Below are positions 52,455-63,900 of a stretch of DNA of 64,000 bases, piece after piece. Positions within the stretch are counted from its first letter, which is position 1; each line of letters opens with the position of its first letter. The stretch is from Tubulanus polymorphus (taxonomy: Eukaryota > Animalia > Nemertea). The position numbers and the translations under genes are program-made. The stretch lies in NCBI RefSeq assembly GCF_964204645.1, contig NC_134034.1, positions 4,872,914 through 4,936,913 on the forward strand, given 5' to 3'. The notes under the pieces are model-generated. The model was not told the DNA's origin, did not search any database, and saw nothing but the letters and a program-made list of their open reading frames with translations.

Positions 52455-53545
52455 ATGACGAGAGGTCGCTCACGTACCCGAGGCAAGGCAAAGAGCAGAT
52501 CCCATAGTCAGGGAGATGAACGACATGTACGATTTGATCAAGACCTTGACCTTAATAGAGATCGCGAGGTTACTCAATCAGCCTCCGGCGACGGTTCTCA
52601 CGACGGGTCATTAAGCCGACTTACCAGTGATGAGACTCGTACGATGACAGAATCGAGGGACGACATCACTGACCTTCCTTTCAATGATGAAATCGACCGA
52701 CCGAGGCCCTTTGAGCGTGAGACAGCACCGATCGGCCCAGCAACCACCGGCTATAGCTCGACTGTTCATAATTTATATAATATCAGACCCGAGACGTTTT
52801 CCGGAGACGGCTCATGGCCTGATTATCTCCAAGTTTTCGAGACTGTAGCCCGAATTAATGGCTGGAACGGACGTCTTAAAGCCGATATCCTGTTTGCTTA
52901 TCTTCGTGGTCCAGCCCGACAACTAGTATGTACACTCGTCGACGAGGAGAGGCGAGATTTTCAGCAACTGGTCAGAGTGCTCGACAATCGCTTTGGACAT
53001 GGTCATCAGGCTGAACTATTTTGGCTGAAATAAGAAACAGACGTCGTAAACGAAATGAAGGCCTGAGAGAGCTCTCGCAGGTATTAATCACCTTGGCAAC
53101 CAAGGCTTACCCTGATTTAACTCCGACTCAACGAGACCGATTAACACGAAACCATTTTATCGATGCTTTGGATGATAGAGATTTGAGAATGCGCCTTCAT
53201 CAGAGTCATAGTACGTCATTAGATGAGGTCGTGAAATTAGCGGTAGAACTCGAGGCATTCGAGAAACTAGAAGATGTTCGGGAGAGAAACTCGCATGGCT
53301 TCGTGAATCAGGTTAAATCGGAACCCCGTGGAGAAATTGAAGGGTTAAAAGAACAAGTCGCTCAACTAACCTCAATGGTGAAGCAAGTGTTGACTCAGCA
53401 ACGCCCCCCTGCGGATGCCGGTAGGCGTCTCCCTAATCGCATCGTTTGTTACGCCTGCGGAGAGCCCGGCCACATTTCTCGAGAATGTCGCAGATCAAGG
53501 CATCAGGGAAACGAGGGACGGTTGGCTCCTCGAGAGTCCGGCTAG
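52455..53545 (+). pseudogene. gag: Gag with CCHC zinc knuckle; one frameshift near 53020
   Basis: PETFSGDGSWPDYLQVFETVARINGW capsid-like motif and CYACGEPGHISREC knuckle, split over ORFs 52455 and 53021. Confidence 0.9.
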
Positions 53546-53555
53546 CCGCGCAAGT
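53506..53555 (+). promoter_or_regulatory. Candidate -1 ribosomal frameshift signal for gag-pol
   Basis: G GGA AAC slippery heptamer (53506-53512) in the correct gag phase, pol in the -1 frame, and a downstream stem CGGTTGGC/GCTAGCCG. Confidence 0.75.
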
Positions 53556-56500
53556 AGAAGAACTCTCATTTCCTTCATTAAATCATCATACTCCAACTCC
53601 TAAAATTAAAGAAATCAGAAAGATTTATCAAATGAGCAGAAATTCAACGAGCATAATCATACACGGAAAAATAGGAGAAATCAATGTAAATTATTTGATT
53701 GACACGGGAGCTTGCGTCTCCGTTGTAAATAGCAAGATTTATAATCGACTGCGTCCTGCGATGAAAGATAAATTAGAGATGTCAGATGTTGCATTGAGTA
53801 CGGCCAATGGCTTAGGTATTGAGGTCAAAGGTCAGATGGAGATCGACGCTAAGATCTTCGATAAATCGACTCCCTGGAAATTCGTGATTGCTGATATATC
53901 AGAAGATGTCATACTCGGCATGGACTTTCTAGAATTTTTCGACTGTAAGATATTTCCCGGACGGAAGAGCTTGATTTTGGGTGATGAGCAACTGTTTTAC
54001 GGAAAGCACTGTAATCTTGACGAGAATAACACTCGAGTACGAAGCCGGCGGAAAGTTATCCTTCAGCCATTTTCGGAACAGATAGTTGATGGACTCGTAG
54101 ATGTTCAACACCATACTGGAAAATGGGCAATAATAGAGTCATCGCGACTTTCCCATAAACACCAATTTCTCACCGCACGTAGTCTTGTAGACACAGAGAA
54201 GAAATTTCTACCAGCAAGGGTTATGAATCCGACCCCGGAAACGATAACCATTCATAAGGGTTCAACCCTGGGCTATCTCAGCACCATCAGCCGAGTTGGC
54301 GGCTCAAGCATGAATCAGATCGGCATAACCGAGCTAGAATTACAACCCGACCAGGGAGAGCCTGATCATTTAGTGGACTTAATTGCGAGGACCCTTGAGA
54401 ATTTGAGTCCTACTGAGGGAGAACAAGCGAGACAGCTCATACTAGAATACTCTGACATATTTTCGAAATCGGACACTGATTTGGGTTTAGCCCAGGGCGT
54501 GACACACGACATTGACACCAATGGGAGCCGCCCTATCAAACAGCGGGCGAGGCGGATGCCCATATCGAAACAAGAGACAGCAGACGAAATGGTGGAAGAC
54601 ATGCTAAACCGAGACGTGATAGAACCTTCATCCAGCCCTTGGTGCTCGAATATCGTGTTGGTCGGGAAGAAAGATGGTTCCACACGGTTCTGCGTAGATT
54701 TCCGGGCATTGAACTCGTGTACGCAGCTTGACTCGTACCCGCTTCCCCGAATAGATGATTCGATTCGCTCTTTGTCAGGATCGAAATACTTTTGCACGAT
54801 GGACTTAGCCTCAAGATATTGGCAGGTGGAGTTGTCTGAAGAAGCTAAAGAGAAAACAGCATTCGTAGTACGAAATGGCCTTTATCAGTTTAAGCGTATG
54901 CCGTTCGGTCTATGCAACGCGGTCGCCACGTTTGAAAGATTGATGGAGCAGGTTTTGCGCGGGCTGCAAAATGAGATTTGTTTAATTTATCTCGACGATA
55001 TCATCGTATACGGAAGATCCTTCGACGAGACTCTGCAGAATCTACGGGCGGTCTTTGACCGAATCAGACGTTCCGGGTTGAAGCTCAAACCTAAGAAGTG
55101 TCAATTTTTCCAGAGAAGCGTCACTTTCCTAGGCCATATCGTCTCAGAAGAGGGAGTCGCCTGCGATCCTGTTAAGATTGAAGCCATCAAGAACTGGCCT
55201 ACACCGAAGTGTCCAACTGATGTCCGATCATTCCTCGGCCTGGCGTCGTATTATCGAAATTTCTGCCCGGATTTCTCTTCCGTCGCTCACTCGATGTATA
55301 AATTAACCGAGAAAGACAGGAAGTTTACCTGGACATCAGACTGCGAAGATGCGTTCATCCGATTGAAAGAGATGTTGATGTCGCCACCAGTCTTAGCCTA
55401 TCCTGACCCCGATTTACCATTCATTCTAGATTGCGATGCTTCTGGAGTGGGGCTCGGAGGAGTGCTATCTCAGCTGCAGGACGGACAGGAAAGGGTGATC
55501 GCGTATGGTAGCCGTGTCCTTTCTAAACCGGAGAGAAACTATTGTACCACTAGGCGAGAGTTGCTCGCAGTTATAACTTATGTGAAACATTTTCGACACT
55601 ACTTACTTGGGAGAAAATTCCTCCTCAGGACTGACCACGCGTCACTTCGGTGGCTGATGTCATTCAAGGAGCCAGAGGGACAGACCGCAAGATGGATAAC
55701 CGCCTTGGCCGAGTATCGATTCAAGATTCAACATCGACCCGGTCGTTTTCACACCAATGCTGATGGTCTTTCACGCCGAGAGTGTGCAAGCTGCCTCCGT
55801 TCTTCTTCAAACTTTCAGGGCGATATTTCTCCCTGTAATGACAGAACCAAAATTAGAAACATTAACATCGAACAACGAAATATACCTAGATCTGGGACCA
55901 CCCTGTTAAGTTCAACCGAATGGACGACTCAGCAATTGATAAATGAACAGGCAGTTGACTCGGAGCTATCTTGGATCGCGGAAAGATTCAAGTCCGGCGA
56001 CAGGCCTGCCTGGCAAGATGTCTCCAGCCTTGGGCTTTCGACCAAGTTCTACTGGGCTCGATGGACACAATTAAAACTGATTGACGGTAAACTATTTATA
56101 AGCAAGGAACGCGCTGGACATCCCGATTCAACGCTCCTACTCCTCCCGAGAAAGTATCGAAAAGAAGTCTTTAACTCCATCCATAACTCCCGTACTTCGG
56201 CACATTTCGGAGTAAAGAAGACTCTCGCCGCCGTCCATGGTCAATATTTCTGGCACGGAATCCATGAGGACATTAAACTCTGGTGTCAACAGTGTCATAT
56301 CTGCGCGTCAAGAAAGACCACCCCTAAGAAGAGAAGGGCCGCTATGAAAGATTACAGAGTGGGACTACCACTCGAACGAATCGCACTCGACATTCTAGGT
56401 CCTCTCCCCGAGACTGACTCTGGCAATACAGTTATCTTAGTTGTGACTGACTATTTCACTCGGTGGGTAGAAGCCTATGCTCTACCCAACCAGACAGCTG

Positions 56501-57315
56501 TTACCGTGGCAACGACCTTAGTGAGAGAATTCATTTCGAGGTATGGTGTAGCCCGCCAATTCCATAGTGACCAAGGCACGAACTTCCAATCGAAACTAGT
56601 TAGAGAGATATGCGAACTGCTTGAGATGCAGAAAACCCGTACAACGGCCTATCACCCGCAATCCGACTGGTTGTGCGAGAAGTACAATCGGACTCTTTTA
56701 GACGGCCTCGCTATGACTGTGAATTCTAACCAGACTGACTGGGACGAACAATTACCTTTCTTAACTATGGCGTACCGTGCTTCCGTGCATGATAGCACTG
56801 GTTTTACTCCGAATTATTTGATGTTCGGGCGTGAAATTAACTTACCGCTTCAAATTGTATCCGGTACATCCGCGGCGGAACACTCTCCTCTTCCAACTAA
56901 ATTGTATGCGATCGAAGTTAAAGAGCGTCTTGAAACCGCGTTTGCATTGACTCGACGCAACCTGGAAATAAGACCGAAGCGAAATAAGAGATGTTACGAT
57001 TTGCGACAGAGCGGCTCTACTTATAATATCGGAGATTTAGTCTGGGTTTACACGCCCGCTATTTCGGCCCGACAGACCAAGAAATTGTCCTGTCTTTGGA
57101 CTGGTCCGTTTTCAGTCACGCGCATAGTCAACGACGTGGTCTTTGGTGTTGAGAATCTCGAAAACCACAATGTCAAATATATACATTTCGATCGATTGAA
57201 GCCCTATGTGGCCGTTGATTCGCCCCTAGGTGCGATGCGCTCTGAGGGCCTTTCTAGTAGAAGATCTGATCGAAGAACCCGCTTGCCCGATAGGTTCGGG
57301 GATTGGACCGTCTAA
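53506..57315 (+). CDS. pol: Pol polyprotein: aspartic protease, reverse transcriptase, RNase H, integrase
   Basis: Uninterrupted frame with LIDTGA, MPFGL, YLDD, DASG/RRELLA/TDH, HHCC zinc domain, LDILGP, HSDQG and GPF motifs. Confidence 0.96.
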   Translation, partial: GKRGTVGSSRVRLAAQVEELSFPSLNHHTPTPKIKEIRKIYQMSRNSTSIIIHGKIGEINVNYLIDTGACVSVVNSKIYNRLRPAMKDKLEMSDVALSTANGLGIEVKGQMEIDAKIFDKSTPWKFVIADISEDVILGMDFLEFFDCKIFPGRKSLILGDEQLFYGKHCNLDENNTRVRSRRKVILQPFSEQIVDGLVDVQHHTGKWAIIESSRLSHKHQFLTARSLVDTEKKFLPARVMNPTPETITIHKGSTLGYLSTISRVGGSSMNQIGITELELQPDQGEPDHLVDLIARTLENLSPTEGEQARQLILEYSDIFSKSDTDLGLAQGVTHDIDTNGSRPIKQRARRMPISKQETADEMVEDMLNRDVIEPSSSPWCSNIVLVGKKDGSTRFCVDFRALNSCTQLDSYPLPRIDDSIRSLSGSKYFCTMDLASRYWQVELSEEAKEKTAFVVRNGLYQFKRMPFGLCNAVATFERLMEQVLRGLQNEICLIYLDDIIVYGRSFDETLQNLRAVFDRIRRSGLKLKPKKCQFFQRSVTFLGHIVSEEGVACDPVKIEAIKNWPTPKCPTDVRSFLGLASYYRNFCPDFSSVAHSMYKLTEKDRKFTWTSDCEDAFIRLKEMLMSPPVLAYPDPDLPFILDCDASGVGLGGVLSQLQDGQERVIAYGSRVLSKPERNYCTTRRELLAVITYVKHFRHYLLGRKFLLRTDHASLRWLMSFKEPEGQTARWITALAEYRFKIQHRPGRFHTNADGLSRRECASCLRSSSNFQGDISPCNDRTKIRNINIEQRNIPRSGTTLLSSTEWTTQQLINEQAVDSELSWIAERFKSGDRPAWQDVSSLGLSTKFYWARWTQLKLIDGKLFISKERAGHPDSTLLLLPRKYRKEVFNSIHNSRTSAHFGVKKTLAAVHGQYFWHGIHEDIKLWCQQCHICASRKTTPKKRRAAMKDYRVGLPLERIALDILGPLPETDSGNTVILVVTDYFTRWVEAYALPNQTAVTVATTLVREFISRYGVARQFHSDQGTNFQSKLVREICELLEMQKTRTTAYHPQSDWLCEKYNRTLLDGLAMTVNSNQTDWDEQLPFLTMAYRASVHDSTGFTPNYLMFGREINLPLQIVSGTSAAEHSPLPTKLYAIEVKERLETAFALTRRNLEIRPKRNKRCYDLRQSGSTYNIGDLVWVYTPAISARQTKKLSCLWTGPFSVTRIVNDVVFGVENLENHNVKYIHFDRLKPYVAVDSPLGAMRSEGLSSRRSDRRTRLPDRFGDWTV

Positions 57316-57355
57316 TCTGGTTTTCTTATATAAATCTGCAACTTTATTATTACAG

Positions 57356-58652
57356 GTCGAGCATCAAGACAAAATGTCGCTTTTGTTATAAGCATTTCCG
57401 TTCGGAAGCGATCGAAGCACATGCTAATGGGTGCGAGGGGCGGCCTGTCGCAGGCCGCTGCTACAAATGCCGCGACTGCGGCCGTACATCTCATACTAAG
57501 CTTTCCGCGCGGCAGCATGGCAAATATCATGTCAAGACAACAAATCGCGACCCAGGGTACGAGGTCGTCACCGAGGGCGACGAAAATTCACCTCCGCGCA
57601 AAATCGTGCGCACCGAGGAGTGGGACCGAGATCCAGCTCTAACTATCTCGGAATCCACCAGCCGCACTGACGACCGTCGGGCGCGACGCGAGGCCGACCG
57701 GGCCCATCGGGCACGCGTGAAGGCGAACCTGATCGCAAGCGACCGCATCGCAGAGGAGGCCCGCTAGCTCGACGCGACCTTTCTGGCGCAACAGACCAAT
57801 GTAGGTTTAGAAATTCGTCGCGACCTCGAGGCCAAGAAGGCGATAGCTCGGCTTGAGCCGGGTAAACCTACACCGATCGCGACGCCTCAGATTGCGCCGC
57901 AACCGATAGCAACGTCTCCGCCCCAGATCGCGACGCCTCAGACCGTGTCAACACCGATCGTGATATCTCCTATTGCGCCGTCACCGAAGACGACACACGC
58001 GTCGGATATCGGCCCGGACATGCCGGCTGATTTTGATCACGTTTTGAGCAAGGGGGACGCCCCTCCTTCGCCGCCTGCGACTTCTCCAAATTCGTCGGCC
58101 GACATTCCCGTCGTTGCACCAATAGTCGTTGCGCAGACGGAGGCCGAAGCGGGCAGGTTCCAGCTGTTGAATAACCAAATCACGCCGGTGATACCCACCA
58201 GGAACATCGAAGAGGAGGAGCAGCGGCTGCTCGCCCTGGCTGACGCTGGTGTGCCGGAAGTTATTATAGGAACTAACGAACTGACAAGTGTTGCAACGGG
58301 CCAGCACGTCATACTCGTGCGCGACGAAGAGGTTGGCTCGGCGTCTACCCGTAGCCTGCATGTGACTTTACATTACCACCCCTCCGCAATGGGTACTGCA
58401 TATCAATACTGTGGGACCCCTACCGAAACCTTTACTTGCACCGCGTGTCGGGTCCTCGCAGCCCACCACAGGATTGAATGGCCTCCCGCCGAGAAAGAGA
58501 TCGCTCCGCGCCGTGTCGCAGTATTTGGCCTGAGACATCAGCATCCAACTCCGCACGGACCCGTCGCCACCTGGGGCCTGGACCGTCGGCCCAGTCCGTG
58601 CGTTCTGTGCGCCATCGACTGCAAATCCGCCAAGATCCCATACGTATATTAG
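57356..58652 (+). pseudogene. ORF3: non-env zinc-finger protein, probably spliced; premature TAG at 57765-57767
   Basis: CRFC...HANGC and CRDC...HGKYH fingers, Pro-rich linker, C-terminal Cys/His region. ORFs 57303 and 57945 share a frame, and the relative at ~15365 has Gln at the stop position. Confidence 0.8.
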
Positions 58653-58810
58653 TGGTCTGTTTTTACCTGTTTTTACGGTGTTCCGTATGTTCCGGGGATC
58701 TGGTGGGGGTCGTTGAGGGCAGAGAGGAGGCTGATTCGGAGCACTCCGGATGAGTGCCTGGTCCCCTCGTCGGTTCTCTTCGGCTCCGCCCGCTTGCCGG
58801 GACCTATATT

Positions 58811-61099
58811 AAATTATATTATGTATTTCGGAATGGCCTTAAGCCGTTCTTTTCTCATTGTTTCTTTTTAGATGTACGTATTCCGGGACGGGGCTGGGTG
58901 TTCTGCGACGATGTTTCGGGATCTTTTCGGCTCAATTTCAATCTGACAGATTTTTGGCAGTCCTGTCAGATTCCAATTTCACGACCTGGGCAGGCCCCCG
59001 CGGTGTTGGCCACGCCACATTCGGTCTTATAGTCGTCATTTTTCGCGTTAATCTTAAAATATTATAGAACTTAATTCTATTTCTCGCGTATGAAGTCTTT
59101 ATTTAGGGTTTTATCATTCGTCACGGTCGAATGATTTCGCGTGCTTTACTTTGTCCGCGGATCGTATCACTGCTCGTCACGCTTGACCAATCACCGCGTG
59201 CGTTGACCGCATGAAAACTATAAATTTGGCGCAATCGCGCTCATTGGCAACTTGGCTCTGGCAGAGCCACATTAGAAACTCTTCTTGCTGCCTCTTCACC
59301 GTTTTACGAATCGGACGCTGTAAATCGTACAGATCATGTAAGAAGACAATTTTACTCTCTAATTAAGACACGGGCCTCCGGGTCGTCTGACCCCGGGATC
59401 GCTGCAGTGGTTTTTGACATCCCGCCCTCAGTGAGTCCCGAGTGCCGACGCACCCGGGGGTCGTGTAGTCGTCGGCCATGGGCTGCCGATAAACTCGTCA
59501 CTTACAATCCTGTAAATATTGTAAATTCTCCGTCAGTTCATCGTCTGTTTAAATTCAATCCTCTGACGATGCCAACTTAACGCTCTCGTCGCTGTAATTA
59601 GTAATAGTAATAATAATAGTATGGTAGGCCTATATCTTCTGTGCTATTTCCGTAATTTTACTCCGAGATGTCGTTTCTGCTGACCATGAAAATCACCTGT
59701 ATTCAGTAACTCCTTTTTCGAACGAACGCGCGGTCGTTTCATCTTCTTGACGTCGCCTCTGAATTTCGACTCTTTGAGTTCGCGTCACCGACATTTTGAA
59801 TTTGGCGCGCAGTCGTTGATTAACGACAACGCTCGTCGTTAACTATTTGACGCTCCGTCGTATAATTCTTATCGTTGATTGAAGACAACGCTCGTCGTTA
59901 ACTATTTGACGCTCCGTCGTATAATTCTTATCGTTGATTAACGACAACGCTCGTCGTTAACTATTTGACGCTCCGTCGTATAATTCATATCGTTGATTAA
60001 CGACCACGCTCGTCGTTAACTATTTGACGCTCCGTCGTATAATTCTTATCGTTGATTGAAGACAACGCTCGTCGTTAACTATTTGACGCTCCGTCGTATA
60101 ATTCTTATCGTTGATTAACGACAACGCTCGTCGTTAACTACTTGACGCTCCGTCGTTAACATCTTAATCGTTGATTAGCTTCGACGCTCGTTTACTGAGA
60201 CCTAAGTTATATTAGATACACACCGGAGTCCGCCGCGCCACCGCTTCTATTTGACGTTCGGTCGTCTCCTTTGTATGCTACCGTACATTGACTGTACCAA
60301 GGCTTTGCAAGCCATGAAGGGCACATTCTTTTTATATATCGAAATGTAAATAATCAAGGTGTTTTGCGTGTGGACATGATGTCCCCTTGGCATCAAGAAC
60401 GATGAACTTTGTATTATAAGAAAATATATATATTTAATAATTCGTACTACATTCCAATCAAACTTCGAATCTTGCGTTTATTTGATTCGCCGGCACTGGA
60501 AGGAAGGACGAGGATTTCTGTTTGTTTTCCTGCTGCATCGAACCCATTTAGTTCTACGTGAGGATCGTTCCCCTATTGACCGTCGCTACGGACAACACTT
60601 ATGCATACGACTAGTTTGACAGATCTGGCATGAGTCGCAATTAGCTCCTGAGATGACGGGGGACAGCTATGTGCGAGAGGGCACTTGGAATGGGGGTAGC
60701 CATATCCGCCGAGTAATCAACACTGCGAGTTTCGTCCGAGGAAAGCCCCTAAAGCGGATTACTCTGAGGAGAGCGGGTTGGGGGGTCTGTATTGGCCACA
60801 CAGATTAAGGCTACGTGGAGTAGGGAGGCGACTGTTTGGAGGAGAGCGTACTGCTTAAGCGCCCTTTTTAGCGACATTTTTTAATAGAGGAACCGATTCC
60901 ACATATTTTATATCATTTACTTTCCTGGGGAAGACAAGAGTCTCCTTGCCGTATTCACTACCCGAGTGCGGTCGACCCAGGCGGACCCGTGTAGCGAGCG
61001 CCCCGGCACAGCAGAGTGACTACGACTACGCTACCTATGGACAACAGCAGTCACTACCTGAATTACTATTTTTTTTATGTTTACACTACAACCGCTACA
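58811..61099 (+). repeat. 3' LTR, lacking its first 59 bp and the PPT, plus a 218-bp internal deletion
   Basis: Aligns to the 5' LTR from 49665; 49875-50092 is absent at the 59020/59021 junction. Confidence 0.9.
59813..60180 (+). repeat. 59-bp array in the 3' LTR (5 full units plus a long partial)
   Basis: Units start at 59813, 59872, 59931, 59990, 60049 and 60108. Confidence 0.95.
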
Positions 61100-61799
61100 C
61101 GACTTTTAAGCCAAACGTGGAATATTCCTGAAATGAATGAGCACTTTGAAATAGCTCATTCAACACTTGGTGCTTGGGCAAAGGATGCTAATAGCCTATT
61201 GACACCCGATAGAAGTCTGACACCTGATGCTCATTGTGCTTTTGATCTTGCTGGTGTCAAGAGAGATGCTTTATTTCGAAGTTTAACCGCACCAAGTCAT
61301 TCAGATGGAACCACTTTAACTTTACTGAAAGACCTGTGCCAAGCATGTTTAAATGTGATGGACATTGGCGGAGAACGAAATTTTGCGACGGCAGATCAGG
61401 AAATTGCCAGAAATGCTAAAGGATGGCGACAGGGTCCCGATATGATGGACAGTTAACTGATATTCTAAAACAAAATCATTGGAAGTAATTAAATCTCAGT
61501 ATAAACTTTCGAACTAGAATCTTTCAATATCAGCCTGAGTCAAAGATTACATTTAGCAAGTCCACTCTAGAAGATTTGATATCGATCATGAATGAGCTAT
61601 TTGAAATTCCATTAGAAACGATAGACTTATTTGAACTGATAATTACACCACGTAGTTTAGTAGTAGCAACTTTTCGCAGAGATGGATAGATGAAGGGACA
61701 ACCAAATGGTATAATGTATACAAATACATATGAAAGATCAAGATAATTGATTAATGCGTCATCAAAATATCCCTCGAAAACTTGAAATATGAGAAAAAG

Positions 61800-62450
61800 T
61801 GCCGAAGAAGTGATGGTCATACATTTTGGGAAAAATGACAGCACGCATGAATACTCAATGCTATCAGAGGGGACAACTGCAAAATTGCTGAAAGCAGCGT
61901 TGAAAGGGACCTTGGGGTACTAGTAGAGAATAAGTTAAATTTCAGAGGCCAAATTAATGCTGTTCTAAACAAAGCAAATAGGCTGCTATGAGACCTAGCT
62001 TAAAAAGGGATGTAGAAAAACTTGAAAAAGTACAGAGGAGGGCAACAAAGCTCGTTCAGGGCCTAAGTAACATGTCAGACGAAGACAGACTGAGACGCCT
62101 TAATTTACCGGCACTTCCATACAATAGAGATCGTGGCGATATGATAATGACCTTCAATTATATCGGTGGCCACTTCAATTTCAACACTGCAGATGTACTC
62201 CGCAGGCCCAGTCTTCAACAAATTAGGGGGCACAGTCAGAAAATTAAGAAATTAAGGTCAAGAAAGAACATCAGAAGGATGTTTTCAAGAACGAACATCA
62301 GAAGGATGTTTTTACCCAGCGAGTTTTAAATATAAGGAACTCGCTCCCCGAGAAAGTTGGGTCGGCCACCTCCGTAGACTGTTTTCAGTCAAGGCTTGAC
62401 AAATTCTGGAAAGAAAAATTGTATTTATATAAGCTTACTTTTCACAGGAA
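61800..62450 (+). pseudogene. CR1-type LINE ORF2 3' fragment
   Basis: DLGVLV, LEKVQRRATKLV, RDRGDMI, RGHSQKI, NSLPEKV and SRLDKFWK motifs. Confidence 0.88.
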
Positions 62451-63071
62451 TTGAGGTGAAGTATAATTATATATATTCTAGTCATACTAACAAGACTAAC
62501 TAATAACGACCGTAGCTGGAATGGTGCATCCAGGGTGCGTGCCGGTGGGGTAGTTAACTACGCTGCGCGCCTAGATCTGGAAAGGCCGATACAAATCAAG
62601 CAGGTGTTGCCGAATTAACAGAAGGGTACCACACTGCTTAGGTCGTCAGAAAAGAAAAAAACAGGTTTAGTTCGAATAATTTTTATCAAATTGAATCAAT
62701 GATGTAATTAAAAACTTAATTCGCGAGCATAAACTGTTCGTACTAAAGTTGGGATAAAAGTCCCAATGATTATGTACCATAATATATGTAGAACTCAAAT
62801 CAAATTGAGCTTATGTTATGTACAATTCAATCTATTCATCGATTATTAAAATAACCGAACTACTTATCAAGTAGCAAGTATGGTAAGCGCAGGTAAAACT
62901 CTACCGTGATTCCCACGATGGACAGCAACTGACGAAAAAGTGTTTTTCTCCCGTTTTTAGTAATGCCTGGTTTGAAGCCTCGAAGCCTTCTAATATCATA
63001 AATGGCTTTCGTGCAACCGGTCTATGAAATTCTCTTTGCTTTATGTCAGTAACATACGTAAATAATGATGT

Positions 63072-63275
63072 TAATGATGTTAATAATTTCGTACCATCAA
63101 TGCGACATCCTCGATCCAGTTTTAACATACATAAAATGTTTATGATGTTAATAATTTCGTACCATCAATGCGACATCCTCGATCTAGTTATAACATACAT
63201 AAAATGTTAATGGTTTTAATGATTTCGTACCATCAATGCGACATCCTCGATCTAGTTTTAACATACATAAAATGT
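63072..63275. repeat. 68-bp tandem repeat, 3 copies
   Basis: GTACCATCAATGCGACATCCTCGATC recurs at 63091, 63159 and 63227. Confidence 0.9.
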
Positions 63276-63357
63276 TCGATATTTTTTTTTTGTTGAAAAT
63301 CTTAACTTGCTACTCCCGCAACGAACTATAATTAGTTTTACGTTACTTTATTTTAGC

Positions 63358-63900
63358 CAAAAGAAAAAGGTGAAAGCAGCAATTTTTGGTGATAGCTTTA
63401 TAAGTCGGCTTTCGAATACATGGGATTTCGAACATCCGGAAATTGGTGTTGATTTTTACGGTTATGGTGGCGTGAAGATAGTCGACATACATAGAAAAAT
63501 CATAGACGTCAAATATAACTTTTACGATTTAATCATAATTCTAGTGTGGGGAAACGACTTAGACGGTGTACATACGATTGTATGATTAATAAGAGCACAA
63601 CGCGGCACTACTTAACAGATTTTGTTTGTTTGCCTCTATATAAAAAGAACATCAACTAGAAAAAGTAGAGCGAGTGAATTCAATAAGAAGGTCAATAATT
63701 TTAATGGGTATCTATTTGGGGATGTAGATGGGAATTTAGTTAAGGTGTTGAAGTTTAGTGATCTGGGGTGTAGAAATAATACTTGGCAAACTCGCCTTCT
63801 ATCCGACGGGGTCCATTTCACCGAAAAAGCGAATAATAAATTGAAAAATCACGTGAGTCAAATAATTTTGAAGGTGAAATCAGCTGAATCCAAAATGCGA
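63358..63900 (+). pseudogene. SGNH/GDSL hydrolase remnant, probably transposon-borne
   Basis: IFGDSF, GYGG, WGNDL and DGVHF blocks in order, with frameshifts and stops between them. Confidence 0.75.

Larger units (their letters stand above)
49606..61099 (+). mobile_element. Ty3/Gypsy LTR retrotransposon, young, with long LTRs and a third ORF
   Basis: TGTGGCG...CGCTACA termini, CGAC TSD (49602-49605, 61100-61103), PBS, gag, and pol in PR-RT-RH-IN order. Confidence 0.96.

Noticed and set aside
57303-58652. env gene
   Set aside because: No signal peptide or transmembrane anchor; zinc-finger motifs instead.
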